Part shown: piece after piece, positions 56,938 through 64,000 of the stretch
Position numbering within the stretch: the stretch's first letter is position 1
How the letters are laid out: the number at the start of each line of letters is the position of its first letter
NCBI GenBank assembly: GCA_964606575.1
Contig: CAZSHA010000003.1
Location: 7,570 to 71,569, forward strand
Source of the DNA: an uncultured Muribaculaceae bacterium
GTDB taxonomy: Bacteria; Bacteroidota; Bacteroidia; Bacteroidales; Muribaculaceae
Length of the DNA: 64,000 nucleotides
Reading direction: 5' to 3'
Notes under the pieces: model-generated
Database searches by the model: none
Seen by the model: the letters and a program-made list of their open reading frames with translations, nothing else
Told to the model about the DNA's origin: nothing
Made by a program: the position numbers and the translations under genes

Positions 56938-58239
56938 CTATGAGAATCTTATAGAGAAGCGTGTTATACCATCATCGCCAGTACGTAATGAGAATTGGCA
57001 ATTATGCTTCATTAACACCTCACGGATAAAAATTAATCCCAATCCTTGTCCGTTAGGCTTAGTAGAAAAGAATGGAGTGAACAATTTATCGGCAGTTTCA
57101 GAGCTAATTCCCTTGCCATTATCAGCAATTTCTATAGTGGGTGACGGTATCTTTTTTGTGGTTATTACAATCTTTCCGCTACGCCCTATACTTTCTACGC
57201 TATTCTTAATGATATTTACAAGTACATGCTCTATAAGAACTGAATCTATAGAGATAGGAAGTTCTCCATTATATAACTTCATTTCTATGTTTATATCAAA
57301 ATTGCCGCACAAGTTTTCCATTACGGTTTTACATCGATTTGCACACACGTTCAAGTCTTCTGTATTCAACACAGGTTCTGGAATCTTCACAACCTCAGCA
57401 AATCGTGTTATAAAATTGCTCATACCGTAACAGCGTTCTATACACATCTGCATAACCTCTTGCAAATCGGAAGTATCGTCGATTGAGTCAAGAGCATCTT
57501 TCAATGAATCTAATGAAGAGGCAACTCCCGCGACACTATTATTAACCTCATGAGCTATCATGCGTATCACTTTCTCGTATGCTTTCTTTTCGGCTTTCAT
57601 CACCTCTGTCGTCAAGCTCTCTATCAATATAAACGGATGATAAAACCCCCTATCTACAAATGACAAACGTGAACAACGATAGATCATAGCATCGCCAACA
57701 CGCACCGTTTCTGTAGAGCCTTGAGTCAACTCACAAAGCCTCTCAGCCAGCGGAGATGGCAAATTCTTCAGGTGCTTTCCTAATGCATCGTCCTCATTCT
57801 CGCACGAAAGAAATCCTATTGCCGACGAATTAATAGAGCTAATCTCACCATCGAAGTTCAGTATCACTACCCCCATAGGAGATTTTTTTATAATTAACTC
57901 CAAAAAGAAATTTTGCTCATGCACACGCAAACGCTCGGTCTTCAATTGAGCCATCATCCTATTGAACAAATCCACTATGCGATCGGCATCATGCTGATTC
58001 ACAGGCGACAAACGGCTTCCAAAATCTTGTTCTTTCAGAAGTTCGACTCCATTGACAACTATATTCAACGTTTTAAGCACTTTAACATAGAAATATATCA
58101 TGAAGCACACGCACAAGAACAAAAAGCCCTCGGCATAATAAAGCATGTCGCTATCTAACTTTGCCGAAATAGCTATCAACATGCCACCTGCCAAAAGCAA
58201 TAACACCACCAGAATGATAAATAAAGTCCTTAACCTCAT
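56938..58239 (-). CDS. NtrB/AtoS-like sensor histidine kinase
   Basis: It has two N-terminal TMs, a PAS-like segment, the H-box RMIAHEVNNSVAGV, and the ATPase boxes DNGKGIS and GQGLGLIF. Confidence 0.88.
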   Translation of the reverse strand: MRLRTLFIILVVLLLLAGGMLIAISAKLDSDMLYYAEGFLFLCVCFMIYFYVKVLKTLNIVVNGVELLKEQDFGSRLSPVNQHDADRIVDLFNRMMAQLKTERLRVHEQNFFLELIIKKSPMGVVILNFDGEISSINSSAIGFLSCENEDDALGKHLKNLPSPLAERLCELTQGSTETVRVGDAMIYRCSRLSFVDRGFYHPFILIESLTTEVMKAEKKAYEKVIRMIAHEVNNSVAGVASSLDSLKDALDSIDDTSDLQEVMQMCIERCYGMSNFITRFAEVVKIPEPVLNTEDLNVCANRCKTVMENLCGNFDINIEMKLYNGELPISIDSVLIEHVLVNIIKNSVESIGRSGKIVITTKKIPSPTIEIADNGKGISSETADKLFTPFFSTKPNGQGLGLIFIREVLMKHNCQFSLRTGDDGITRFSIRFS

Positions 58240-58267
58240 CTCACGCCTATATTTCTATGTGATAGTG

Positions 58268-58275
58268 CAAAGATA
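58268..58275 (-). promoter_or_regulatory. -7 promoter box (TATCTTTG) for the kinase gene
   Basis: The plus strand reads caaagata, 29 nt upstream of the ATG at 58239. Confidence 0.4.
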
Positions 58276-58311
58276 AGGCTATTTTATTGATTTATATTAG
58301 CCGTTTTTTAT

Positions 58312-58319
58312 TAATTTTG
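58312..58319 (+). promoter_or_regulatory. -7 promoter box (TAATTTTG)
   Basis: TAnnTTTG match 27 nt upstream of the ATG at 58346. Confidence 0.4.
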
Positions 58320-58345
58320 CACTCACAAAAAAAGAAGCATAATCA

Positions 58346-58975
58346 ATGGAAATTACATTCCTACTCATAGTAGAAATAATTGGCACTTTAGCATTTGCTA
58401 TAAGCGGTATAAGGCTTGCTGCCGTAAAGCATTTCGATTGGTTCGGGGCATATATAGTAGGATTAGTCACTGCCATAGGTGGCGGTACTATACGTGATCT
58501 GTTCCTTAGCACTACCCCTTTCTGGATGCTCAATTACTGGTATCTTATAGTTACCGCTATTGCCTTGGGGTTGGTAATTATATTTAAAAAATATCTGGTA
58601 AGGCTAGACCACACGGTATTTATTTTCGATACCATAGGACTCGCTTTATTTGTCGTTATCGGAATGCAAAAATCTCTTGATTTCGGTTTTCCTATGTGGG
58701 TGGCGATTATCATGGGTACAATCACCGGGGCTTTCGGAGGTGTACTGCGTGACATTCTCATTAACGAGGAGCCTCTTATCTTCCGAAAAGAGGTGTATGC
58801 GACAGCTTGCATCGCTGGCGGGCTTATATATTGGATAATATATTGTATGAACGGTTCAACCGTGCTACAGCAAGTGGCATGCGCGAGTATCATCATAGTT
58901 GTGCGTATCCTTTCCGTCATCTATAATTGGAGATTGCCTATTTTAGGCAACGAGAACAAGGACAAAACATCATAA
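58346..58975 (+). CDS. trimeric intracellular cation channel (TRIC/UPF0126, YadS-like) family protein
   Basis: A two-fold repeat with glycine-rich motifs is present: AIGGGTIRD and AFGGVLRD. It has seven predicted TMs. Confidence 0.8.
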   Translation: MEITFLLIVEIIGTLAFAISGIRLAAVKHFDWFGAYIVGLVTAIGGGTIRDLFLSTTPFWMLNYWYLIVTAIALGLVIIFKKYLVRLDHTVFIFDTIGLALFVVIGMQKSLDFGFPMWVAIIMGTITGAFGGVLRDILINEEPLIFRKEVYATACIAGGLIYWIIYCMNGSTVLQQVACASIIIVVRILSVIYNWRLPILGNENKDKTS

Positions 58976-58983
58976 CAGCATTT

Positions 58984-59649
58984 ATGGCTAAAAAAATAGA
59001 ATCTAAAACTGCGCTATCCTGCCTACTGGCAGTAATTAACGCTCTCATTATATTGCCTATCATCGACAGGCTTGGCATCGGGTATGTCAATGCTCTCTCT
59101 ATAACTATTTTGTCAATAGGAGTTTTCCTAATTGATAGCCGTAGAGGCAACCTCAATCGTTCGTTCTTATCATCGCTAGTTTTCATGGCTACTGCTCTCA
59201 CTTTAGACAACGCATACAAAGATACGTTCGTAATATTACCCATGCTGACTCAAATATTCGGTATATTACTTATCATAGGCTTATTCTTTTTAACTCCATT
59301 CATCGTGAATTGGATGTTGAAACATTTCCAGAGGCATCCAGAGGCATTGCTGATAACCGGACGTATTATCGCTACAGTCGCAGCCGGTGGAGCAGTCTTA
59401 TTTATCCTGCTTAAGTCTGGATTAACGTTAAATATTGAGCCTTATGTTATAAGTATAACTCAAGGATGGACATTCTGGTCGCTATTTGTAACAGCATGGA
59501 TCTTCATCCAACTATACCAAATATGGCGTAACAAAAGGGATTTAACCGCCAATCACCGTTTTCTTTATAATGCTGTGGCACTATACTTATTATCGCTGAT
59601 TATATACATCGGATATATCCGTGATGCAATAATAATCCAAAATTTATAA
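58984..59649 (+). CDS. polytopic membrane protein, function unknown
   Basis: I chose the start at the ATG at 58984 (MAKKIESKTALSCLLAVINALIIL). There are about 6 hydrophobic helices and no motif I recognise. Confidence 0.5.
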   Translation: MAKKIESKTALSCLLAVINALIILPIIDRLGIGYVNALSITILSIGVFLIDSRRGNLNRSFLSSLVFMATALTLDNAYKDTFVILPMLTQIFGILLIIGLFFLTPFIVNWMLKHFQRHPEALLITGRIIATVAAGGAVLFILLKSGLTLNIEPYVISITQGWTFWSLFVTAWIFIQLYQIWRNKRDLTANHRFLYNAVALYLLSLIIYIGYIRDAIIIQNL

Positions 59650-61086
59650 TATATTCTTGGGGGTTAACCCCATTTCAGCTGCTTTGGCAAGCATATAGGC
59701 GTATGCTTCATCATGATTATTACCTATTTCACCATCCAATATGGCATTCTTTATTTTTTCTTTCAGCAAGCCTATTTCACGGCATGGTTCAAGACCGAAA
59801 ACACGCATTATCTCCAAACCATCAACTGGCGGCTGGAAATTGCGGATTCGGTCTTTTTCCTCAATTTCTTTCATCTTTTCTCTTACAAGCATGAAATTGT
59901 CAAGGAAACGTTTCACCTTTTCTTGATTCTTCGATGTTATATCAGCCTCGCACAAAGTCATTAAATCATCTATATCGTCACCAGCATCAAATATCATCCT
60001 ACGCACAGCAGAATCAGTGACAGTGTCCTCCACAAGCGCAATGGGACGCATGTGCAATTCAACTAATTTCTGCACATATTTCATTTTAGCGTCCATCGGC
60101 ATTTTCATCTTCTTGAAAATGCGAGGTATCATCTTAGAACCTATATAGTTATGATTATGAAAAGTCCAACCTAAGTTCTTATCATATTGCTTAGTGACAG
60201 GTTTTGCTATATCATGAAACAAGGCAGCCCAGCGCAACCACACATAATTGCTTTTTTCGGCTACATTATCCAGTACTTGAAGCGTATGCTCGAAATTGTC
60301 TTTATGACCTCTGCCGTTCATCACTTCCACTCCGCTCAACGCCACCAATTCTGGCATTATCAGTTCTAGCAGACCACTTTCTTTAAGCAAATAAAAACCT
60401 CGTGACGGTTTAGCCGACTTCATTATCTTCATCAATTCATCGACTATACGTTCACGTGTAATAATCTTTATTCTTTCCTTGTTGCGTGCTATCGCTTGGA
60501 ATGTTTCGGGATAAATATCAAAACCCAGCTGAGTGGCAAACCGTATTGCCCGCATCATACGCAACGGGTCGTCAGAAAACGTTATATCAGGGTCTAATGG
60601 GGTACGTATAATCTTACGCTCCATGTCGCCTATGCCATCGAAAGGATCAAGCAACATACCATAATTATCCTTGTTGACACAAATCGCCATCGCATTCACC
60701 GTGAAGTCACGACGACGCTGGTCATCGGCTAACGTTCCATCTTCAACAATAGGATTACGGCTATCATGCGTATATGATTCCTTGCGCGCACCCACAAACT
60801 CTAATTCCAATCCATGAGATTTAACTTGAGCTGTACCATAGGTACGGAACACGGCTAGCGATGTGTGACGACCAAATTTCCTTGCAACCTCTTCAGCTAC
60901 CTCGATTCCACTACCAAGTGTTACAAAATCTATGTCTTTTGACGGTCGAGACAATAGAATATCACGAACATATCCTCCCACCACATAACATTCTCGTCCC
61001 ATACTATCGGCTACCTTGCCTACGGTGTGAAACACCGTAGCCGATAAATGCTCTGCTATACGCTTTTCTATCTCACTCTTTACCAT
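59644..61086 (-). CDS. CCA tRNA nucleotidyltransferase / poly(A) polymerase-family protein with an HD domain
   Basis: The nucleotidyltransferase head reads GGYVRDILLSRPSKDIDF, and the HD motif reads ALFHDIAKP. 480 aa. Confidence 0.85.
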   Translation of the reverse strand: MVKSEIEKRIAEHLSATVFHTVGKVADSMGRECYVVGGYVRDILLSRPSKDIDFVTLGSGIEVAEEVARKFGRHTSLAVFRTYGTAQVKSHGLELEFVGARKESYTHDSRNPIVEDGTLADDQRRRDFTVNAMAICVNKDNYGMLLDPFDGIGDMERKIIRTPLDPDITFSDDPLRMMRAIRFATQLGFDIYPETFQAIARNKERIKIITRERIVDELMKIMKSAKPSRGFYLLKESGLLELIMPELVALSGVEVMNGRGHKDNFEHTLQVLDNVAEKSNYVWLRWAALFHDIAKPVTKQYDKNLGWTFHNHNYIGSKMIPRIFKKMKMPMDAKMKYVQKLVELHMRPIALVEDTVTDSAVRRMIFDAGDDIDDLMTLCEADITSKNQEKVKRFLDNFMLVREKMKEIEEKDRIRNFQPPVDGLEIMRVFGLEPCREIGLLKEKIKNAILDGEIGNNHDEAYAYMLAKAAEMGLTPKNIL

Positions 61087-61102
61087 TCCTCTTATAAACA
61101 GC

Positions 61103-62266
61103 TTAATAAAGTTCTGTTATCTCCTCAGGAAAATTCGTTATGCACACTAGTCCTTTCGTAGTGACCACATAGGTGCTTTCTATTCCCACCGCACCCACAT
61201 GTGGAATCACATATTTAGGTTCTAGGGCAATCACATTGCCCTCTTCTAAGACTTCTCGGCTACGAGGAGCCAAGACTGGAGCCTCATTCACCTCTATACC
61301 AACTCCATGACCTATATAGCCAGCTTGCTGCTTGTGTCCCATAAAATAAGACTCAAGACCAGCCTCCTTGGTCATCTCCATAGCAATCTCATACAATCGG
61401 CTGGCAGGAACACCAGGCTTAGCCTCAACAACCAGCCTATGATGTATCGCTCTTGACAATTCATGAGCCTTTAGTGCCAGCTCATCAAGATGACCAACAT
61501 AGAAACAACGTGTCATATCGGTCATATAGCCGTTGAAATTACCGCACATATCCACCATCACGGTCATTCCTGGTTTTATAGTTGTCCCATTGCATCCTAC
61601 AGGCAAAGATTCGTCGAGTCCAGCACCACCCATAGCAAAATCGTAAGGGGAAGGAGCATCTGCGTTATCTCCACACATCACATTACCCATGAAAAGTTCC
61701 ATACTCTCACCATGAATACGGAAAATGCCAAGAGAACCATCTAGACGTAACTGACGTTCTATCTCAATTTGCAATTCTATATCGGTCATGCCTTCACGAT
61801 ACATCTTATGAATATGCTTATATGCCTCATCGTGATGCACACCGCTCTCTTTTAGTTTTGAAATCTCATACTCAGTTTTCACTGAACGTAACCTGCGTAA
61901 AATAGAAGAAGCATCAACCACTTCACTGCTTGCAAATACCTTGCACAAACGATTATAATCATTCACAGTCAAGCTATCAAGTTCTAATGCTATTTTTGCA
62001 GGCTTTTGTGCCAATAGCTCAACTATCTGCTCTGGCTTGCGTATATATTTTACATTATTTCCATCAAGCCCAACGGGACGCTTTACGAAATACGTAACGC
62101 CTCCACAAGAATCAATATATGTATACCCGCTATACACCCTTCCTGATGTATAGTATAGATTGGCATTACTGCTCACCAACATTGCATCATAGCCACTAGA
62201 CTTCAAAACGTCACTGATACGGCTCACACGCAACTGAATCTCTTTCTCTAAAAATGGTAAAATCAT
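61103..62266 (-). CDS. M24-family Xaa-Pro aminopeptidase/dipeptidase
   Basis: Pita-bread fold signatures are present: VDMCGNFNGYMTDMTR, GHGVGIEVNEAP and IALEP. Confidence 0.82.
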   Translation of the reverse strand: MILPFLEKEIQLRVSRISDVLKSSGYDAMLVSSNANLYYTSGRVYSGYTYIDSCGGVTYFVKRPVGLDGNNVKYIRKPEQIVELLAQKPAKIALELDSLTVNDYNRLCKVFASSEVVDASSILRRLRSVKTEYEISKLKESGVHHDEAYKHIHKMYREGMTDIELQIEIERQLRLDGSLGIFRIHGESMELFMGNVMCGDNADAPSPYDFAMGGAGLDESLPVGCNGTTIKPGMTVMVDMCGNFNGYMTDMTRCFYVGHLDELALKAHELSRAIHHRLVVEAKPGVPASRLYEIAMEMTKEAGLESYFMGHKQQAGYIGHGVGIEVNEAPVLAPRSREVLEEGNVIALEPKYVIPHVGAVGIESTYVVTTKGLVCITNFPEEITELY

Positions 62267-62314
62267 ATAATCACTCCTTTCTTTATTTATAACAATTATA
62301 GGGCATTTAGTACT

Positions 62315-62842
62315 TTACTCGTTCACTGGCATTATTGTGACACCTACTCGGCACACGCTCTTCAACGTGTCTTCCTCCATACCTTGCCACAATATTATTT
62401 TATCAAAAAGTCCCGCTTGAACATTGTCCAGCACATTGACCTCATGCTGATAAGCCACTCCAAACCCGCAGCTCCTCTTATTTCCATCAGCATCGGCAAA
62501 TGTGCAATCGGCAATTTTCCTCAACACAACAGAATCATTCTTGACAAAATCGGCTACAACGCTTATATTTCTATACTGATAGCTATACTCATAACATATC
62601 GCTATCTTCACATCATATATAGCAGCCGTATCTCCGAATTGAGGTATATACACACATGGATCGGCTTTAATCCATCCTATTTCGGGGATTTCTTTAAATT
62701 CACTATACGAAGAATGCTTAGGAGAACATGCTCCTAAGCATAATAAAGTCAATACTAAGAAAAGGTTGCACTTATAGCAATCTATACATACCGACTTATT
62801 AATCAGTATTTTTGGCAGTATGCTTTTCACCACCTTTTTCAT
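62315..62842 (-). CDS. gldH: gliding-motility/T9SS-associated lipoprotein GldH
   Basis: The lipobox is LTLLCLGAC. The mature part is about 150 aa with W-containing N-terminal and Y.Y.N central motifs as in GldH, and the position downstream of a PSP1 gene is typical for Bacteroidota. I chose the start at Met37 of the track ORF (cat at 62840-62842). It overlaps the PSP1 3' end by 44 nt. Confidence 0.55.
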   Translation of the reverse strand: MKKVVKSILPKILINKSVCIDCYKCNLFLVLTLLCLGACSPKHSSYSEFKEIPEIGWIKADPCVYIPQFGDTAAIYDVKIAICYEYSYQYRNISVVADFVKNDSVVLRKIADCTFADADGNKRSCGFGVAYQHEVNVLDNVQAGLFDKIILWQGMEEDTLKSVCRVGVTIMPVNE

Positions 62843-64000
62843 TATTTTGAACGTCGTTTTGTCTGTTTCTAGGCTCACCATGACGTTGTTGTCCATTTTC
62901 CCCACGTTGACGGTTTCTATTATTGTTACGTGGGCGGCGCTGTTCATCATTTACCGCATTACCATCCTCGCCACGCCTTCTAGGCTGTTTTTGTTGAGTT
63001 TTATCCTCTGCATTAGCCTGACGGTTACGTTGGTCGTTATTGTTTCTCGCTCCACCACCGCCGTTGTTACGGTTCTTGTTTTTCTTCTTTTTAGCTTTAT
63101 CAAAACGTGTTACGCTCTCTTGCTCAATAATATCACCAAACATTTTCATCTCTTGCTGGCGCTCTTTCGAATCAATGTTCAACTTATCAGGTTTAACACC
63201 GTTCTTATTCAAAGCTATCACCTCAAACACACGGTCGGCAGTCAACGTAACCAAGTTGGCAGGAACATTTCTATCGGTTGAATAAGTTATCTCACGTTTG
63301 AGCGTATCCGATTTGAATTGGTAATAATTACTGTCTTTCGTTTCAAGCACGACATTCTTTTCTGGCATCTGTTTTACAGCCTCCACATAAGAATCTATCT
63401 CAAAATTCAGACAGCATTTCAACTTAGCACATTGTCCCGCCAATTTCTGCGGGTTCAACGATATATCTTGATAACGTGCTGCACTAGTGGCAACCGACAC
63501 GAAATTTGACATCCAGCTAGAGCAACACAATGGACGACCGCATGGTCCGATACCTCCTATACGTCCGGCTTCTTGTCTTGCACCTATCTGCTTCATCTCG
63601 ATTCGCACTTTGAACACATCAGCCAAGACCTTAATCAATTGACGGAAATCGACACGCTCATCTGCTATATAATAGAAAATAGCCTTGTTGCCGTCGCCTT
63701 GATACTCTACATCGCCTATTTTCATATTCAACTTCAAGTCCTCGGCTATCTTGCGTGAGCGAATCATCGTATCCACTTCTTTTGCCTTTGCCTCTTCAAA
63801 GCGTTCCAAATCGCTTTGCTTAGCCTTACGGAACACTCTCAATATCTCCAAATCGGGACGTAAATTGGCTCGCTTCATCTGAAGTTTTACCAATTTGCCA
63901 GTCAAAGACACTCTGCCTATATCATGACCGGGATTCGCCTCAACAGCTACCAAATCTCCCACTTGAAGAGGAATGTGCGAACTATTCTTATAAAAGCCCT
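62799..64000 (-). CDS. PSP1-domain (RicT/YaaT-like) protein with an R/N/Q-rich C-terminal tail; the 5' end lies beyond the window
   Basis: The PSP1 core reads YYIADERVDFRQLIKVLADVFKVRIEMKQIGARQEA...GPCGRPLCCSSW. The reading frame stays open to position 64000 (..GFYKNSSHIPLQVGDLVAVE), so the track M at 63962 is an internal GTG. Confidence 0.85.
   Translation of the reverse strand, partial: GFYKNSSHIPLQVGDLVAVEANPGHDIGRVSLTGKLVKLQMKRANLRPDLEILRVFRKAKQSDLERFEEAKAKEVDTMIRSRKIAEDLKLNMKIGDVEYQGDGNKAIFYYIADERVDFRQLIKVLADVFKVRIEMKQIGARQEAGRIGGIGPCGRPLCCSSWMSNFVSVATSAARYQDISLNPQKLAGQCAKLKCCLNFEIDSYVEAVKQMPEKNVVLETKDSNYYQFKSDTLKREITYSTDRNVPANLVTLTADRVFEVIALNKNGVKPDKLNIDSKERQQEMKMFGDIIEQESVTRFDKAKKKKNKNRNNGGGGARNNNDQRNRQANAEDKTQQKQPRRRGEDGNAVNDEQRRPRNNNRNRQRGENGQQRHGEPRNRQNDVQNNEKGGEKHTAKNTD

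Noticed and set aside
56900-57430. 176-aa plus-strand ORF
   Set aside because: It lies entirely antisense to the well-supported histidine kinase gene and the adaptor promoter region, and it has no motifs.
62843-62950. Longer gldH form starting at 62950 (211 aa)
   Set aside because: The extra 36 aa would overlap the PSP1 tail by 150 nt and would precede the signal peptide/lipobox by an implausible distance. The start at 62842 is preferred, though still uncertain.
62820-63281. 153-aa plus-strand hydrophobic ORF
   Set aside because: It is antisense to the R/N/Q-rich tail of the PSP1 gene. It is a compositional mirror artefact.
1-64000. Search by eye for tRNA/rRNA genes, CRISPR repeats, transposase/integrase genes, prophage or conjugative modules, and toxin-antitoxin pairs
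   Set aside because: No T-loop (GGTTCGAATCC-like) sequences occur in the intergenic regions, there are no regularly spaced direct repeats, and no ORF has recombinase, transposase or phage hallmark motifs. The window looks like core chromosome plus two accessory operon clusters.

Overview
Chromosomal window from a Bacteroidales-type genome. Support for that: about 40% GC by eye, many genes preceded by the Bacteroidetes TAnnTTTG -7 promoter box, a Rho with a large N-terminal insertion, and gldH, which suggests a T9SS-bearing lineage such as Prevotellaceae. The genus cannot be determined from this window. There are about 55 tightly packed protein-coding genes. I found no rRNA, tRNA, CRISPR array, integrase/transposase or prophage signature. 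Housekeeping content: an ilvD-ilvB-ilvN-(acyl-ACP thioesterase)-ilvC operon on the minus strand (ilvC cut by the window start), preceded by what looks like a Val/Leu/Ile-rich leader peptide with a terminator/antiterminator; a BamA/TamA-like OMP; a HAD phosphatase; a YidE/YbjL transporter; LytS/LytTR and OmpR/HK two-component pairs; ruvX-def, ettA, a TIGR01212 radical SAM gene, aroC, ybaK, rho, tilS, pheS, nth, a CCA-adding enzyme, an M24 peptidase, gldH and a PSP1/RicT-like gene (cut by the window end). Two accessory loci stand out. (i) At 27.0-37.2 kb, two convergent operons encode only exported or envelope proteins: a TPR + caspase-fold (peptidase C14) protease with an intact His/Cys dyad, a beta-propeller + OmpA-like protein, a DUF4384-like lipoprotein, an LPP20-like protein, a transglutaminase-core protein, a stand-alone CHASE2 membrane sensor and a small FecR-like protein. 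This is my best candidate for an undescribed envelope proteolytic signalling or defence system. (ii) At 44.0-58.2 kb, an efflux operon with a sigma-54-type promoter encodes a HlyD adaptor, TolC, one ABC ATPase and six FtsX/MacB-type permeases arranged as three tandem pairs of two subtypes, bracketed by its own NtrB-like kinase and NtrC-like activator. In addition, a nested rod-like hairpin of about 170 nt with its own promoter box and T-run at 11.35-11.6 kb is a candidate 6S-like ncRNA.
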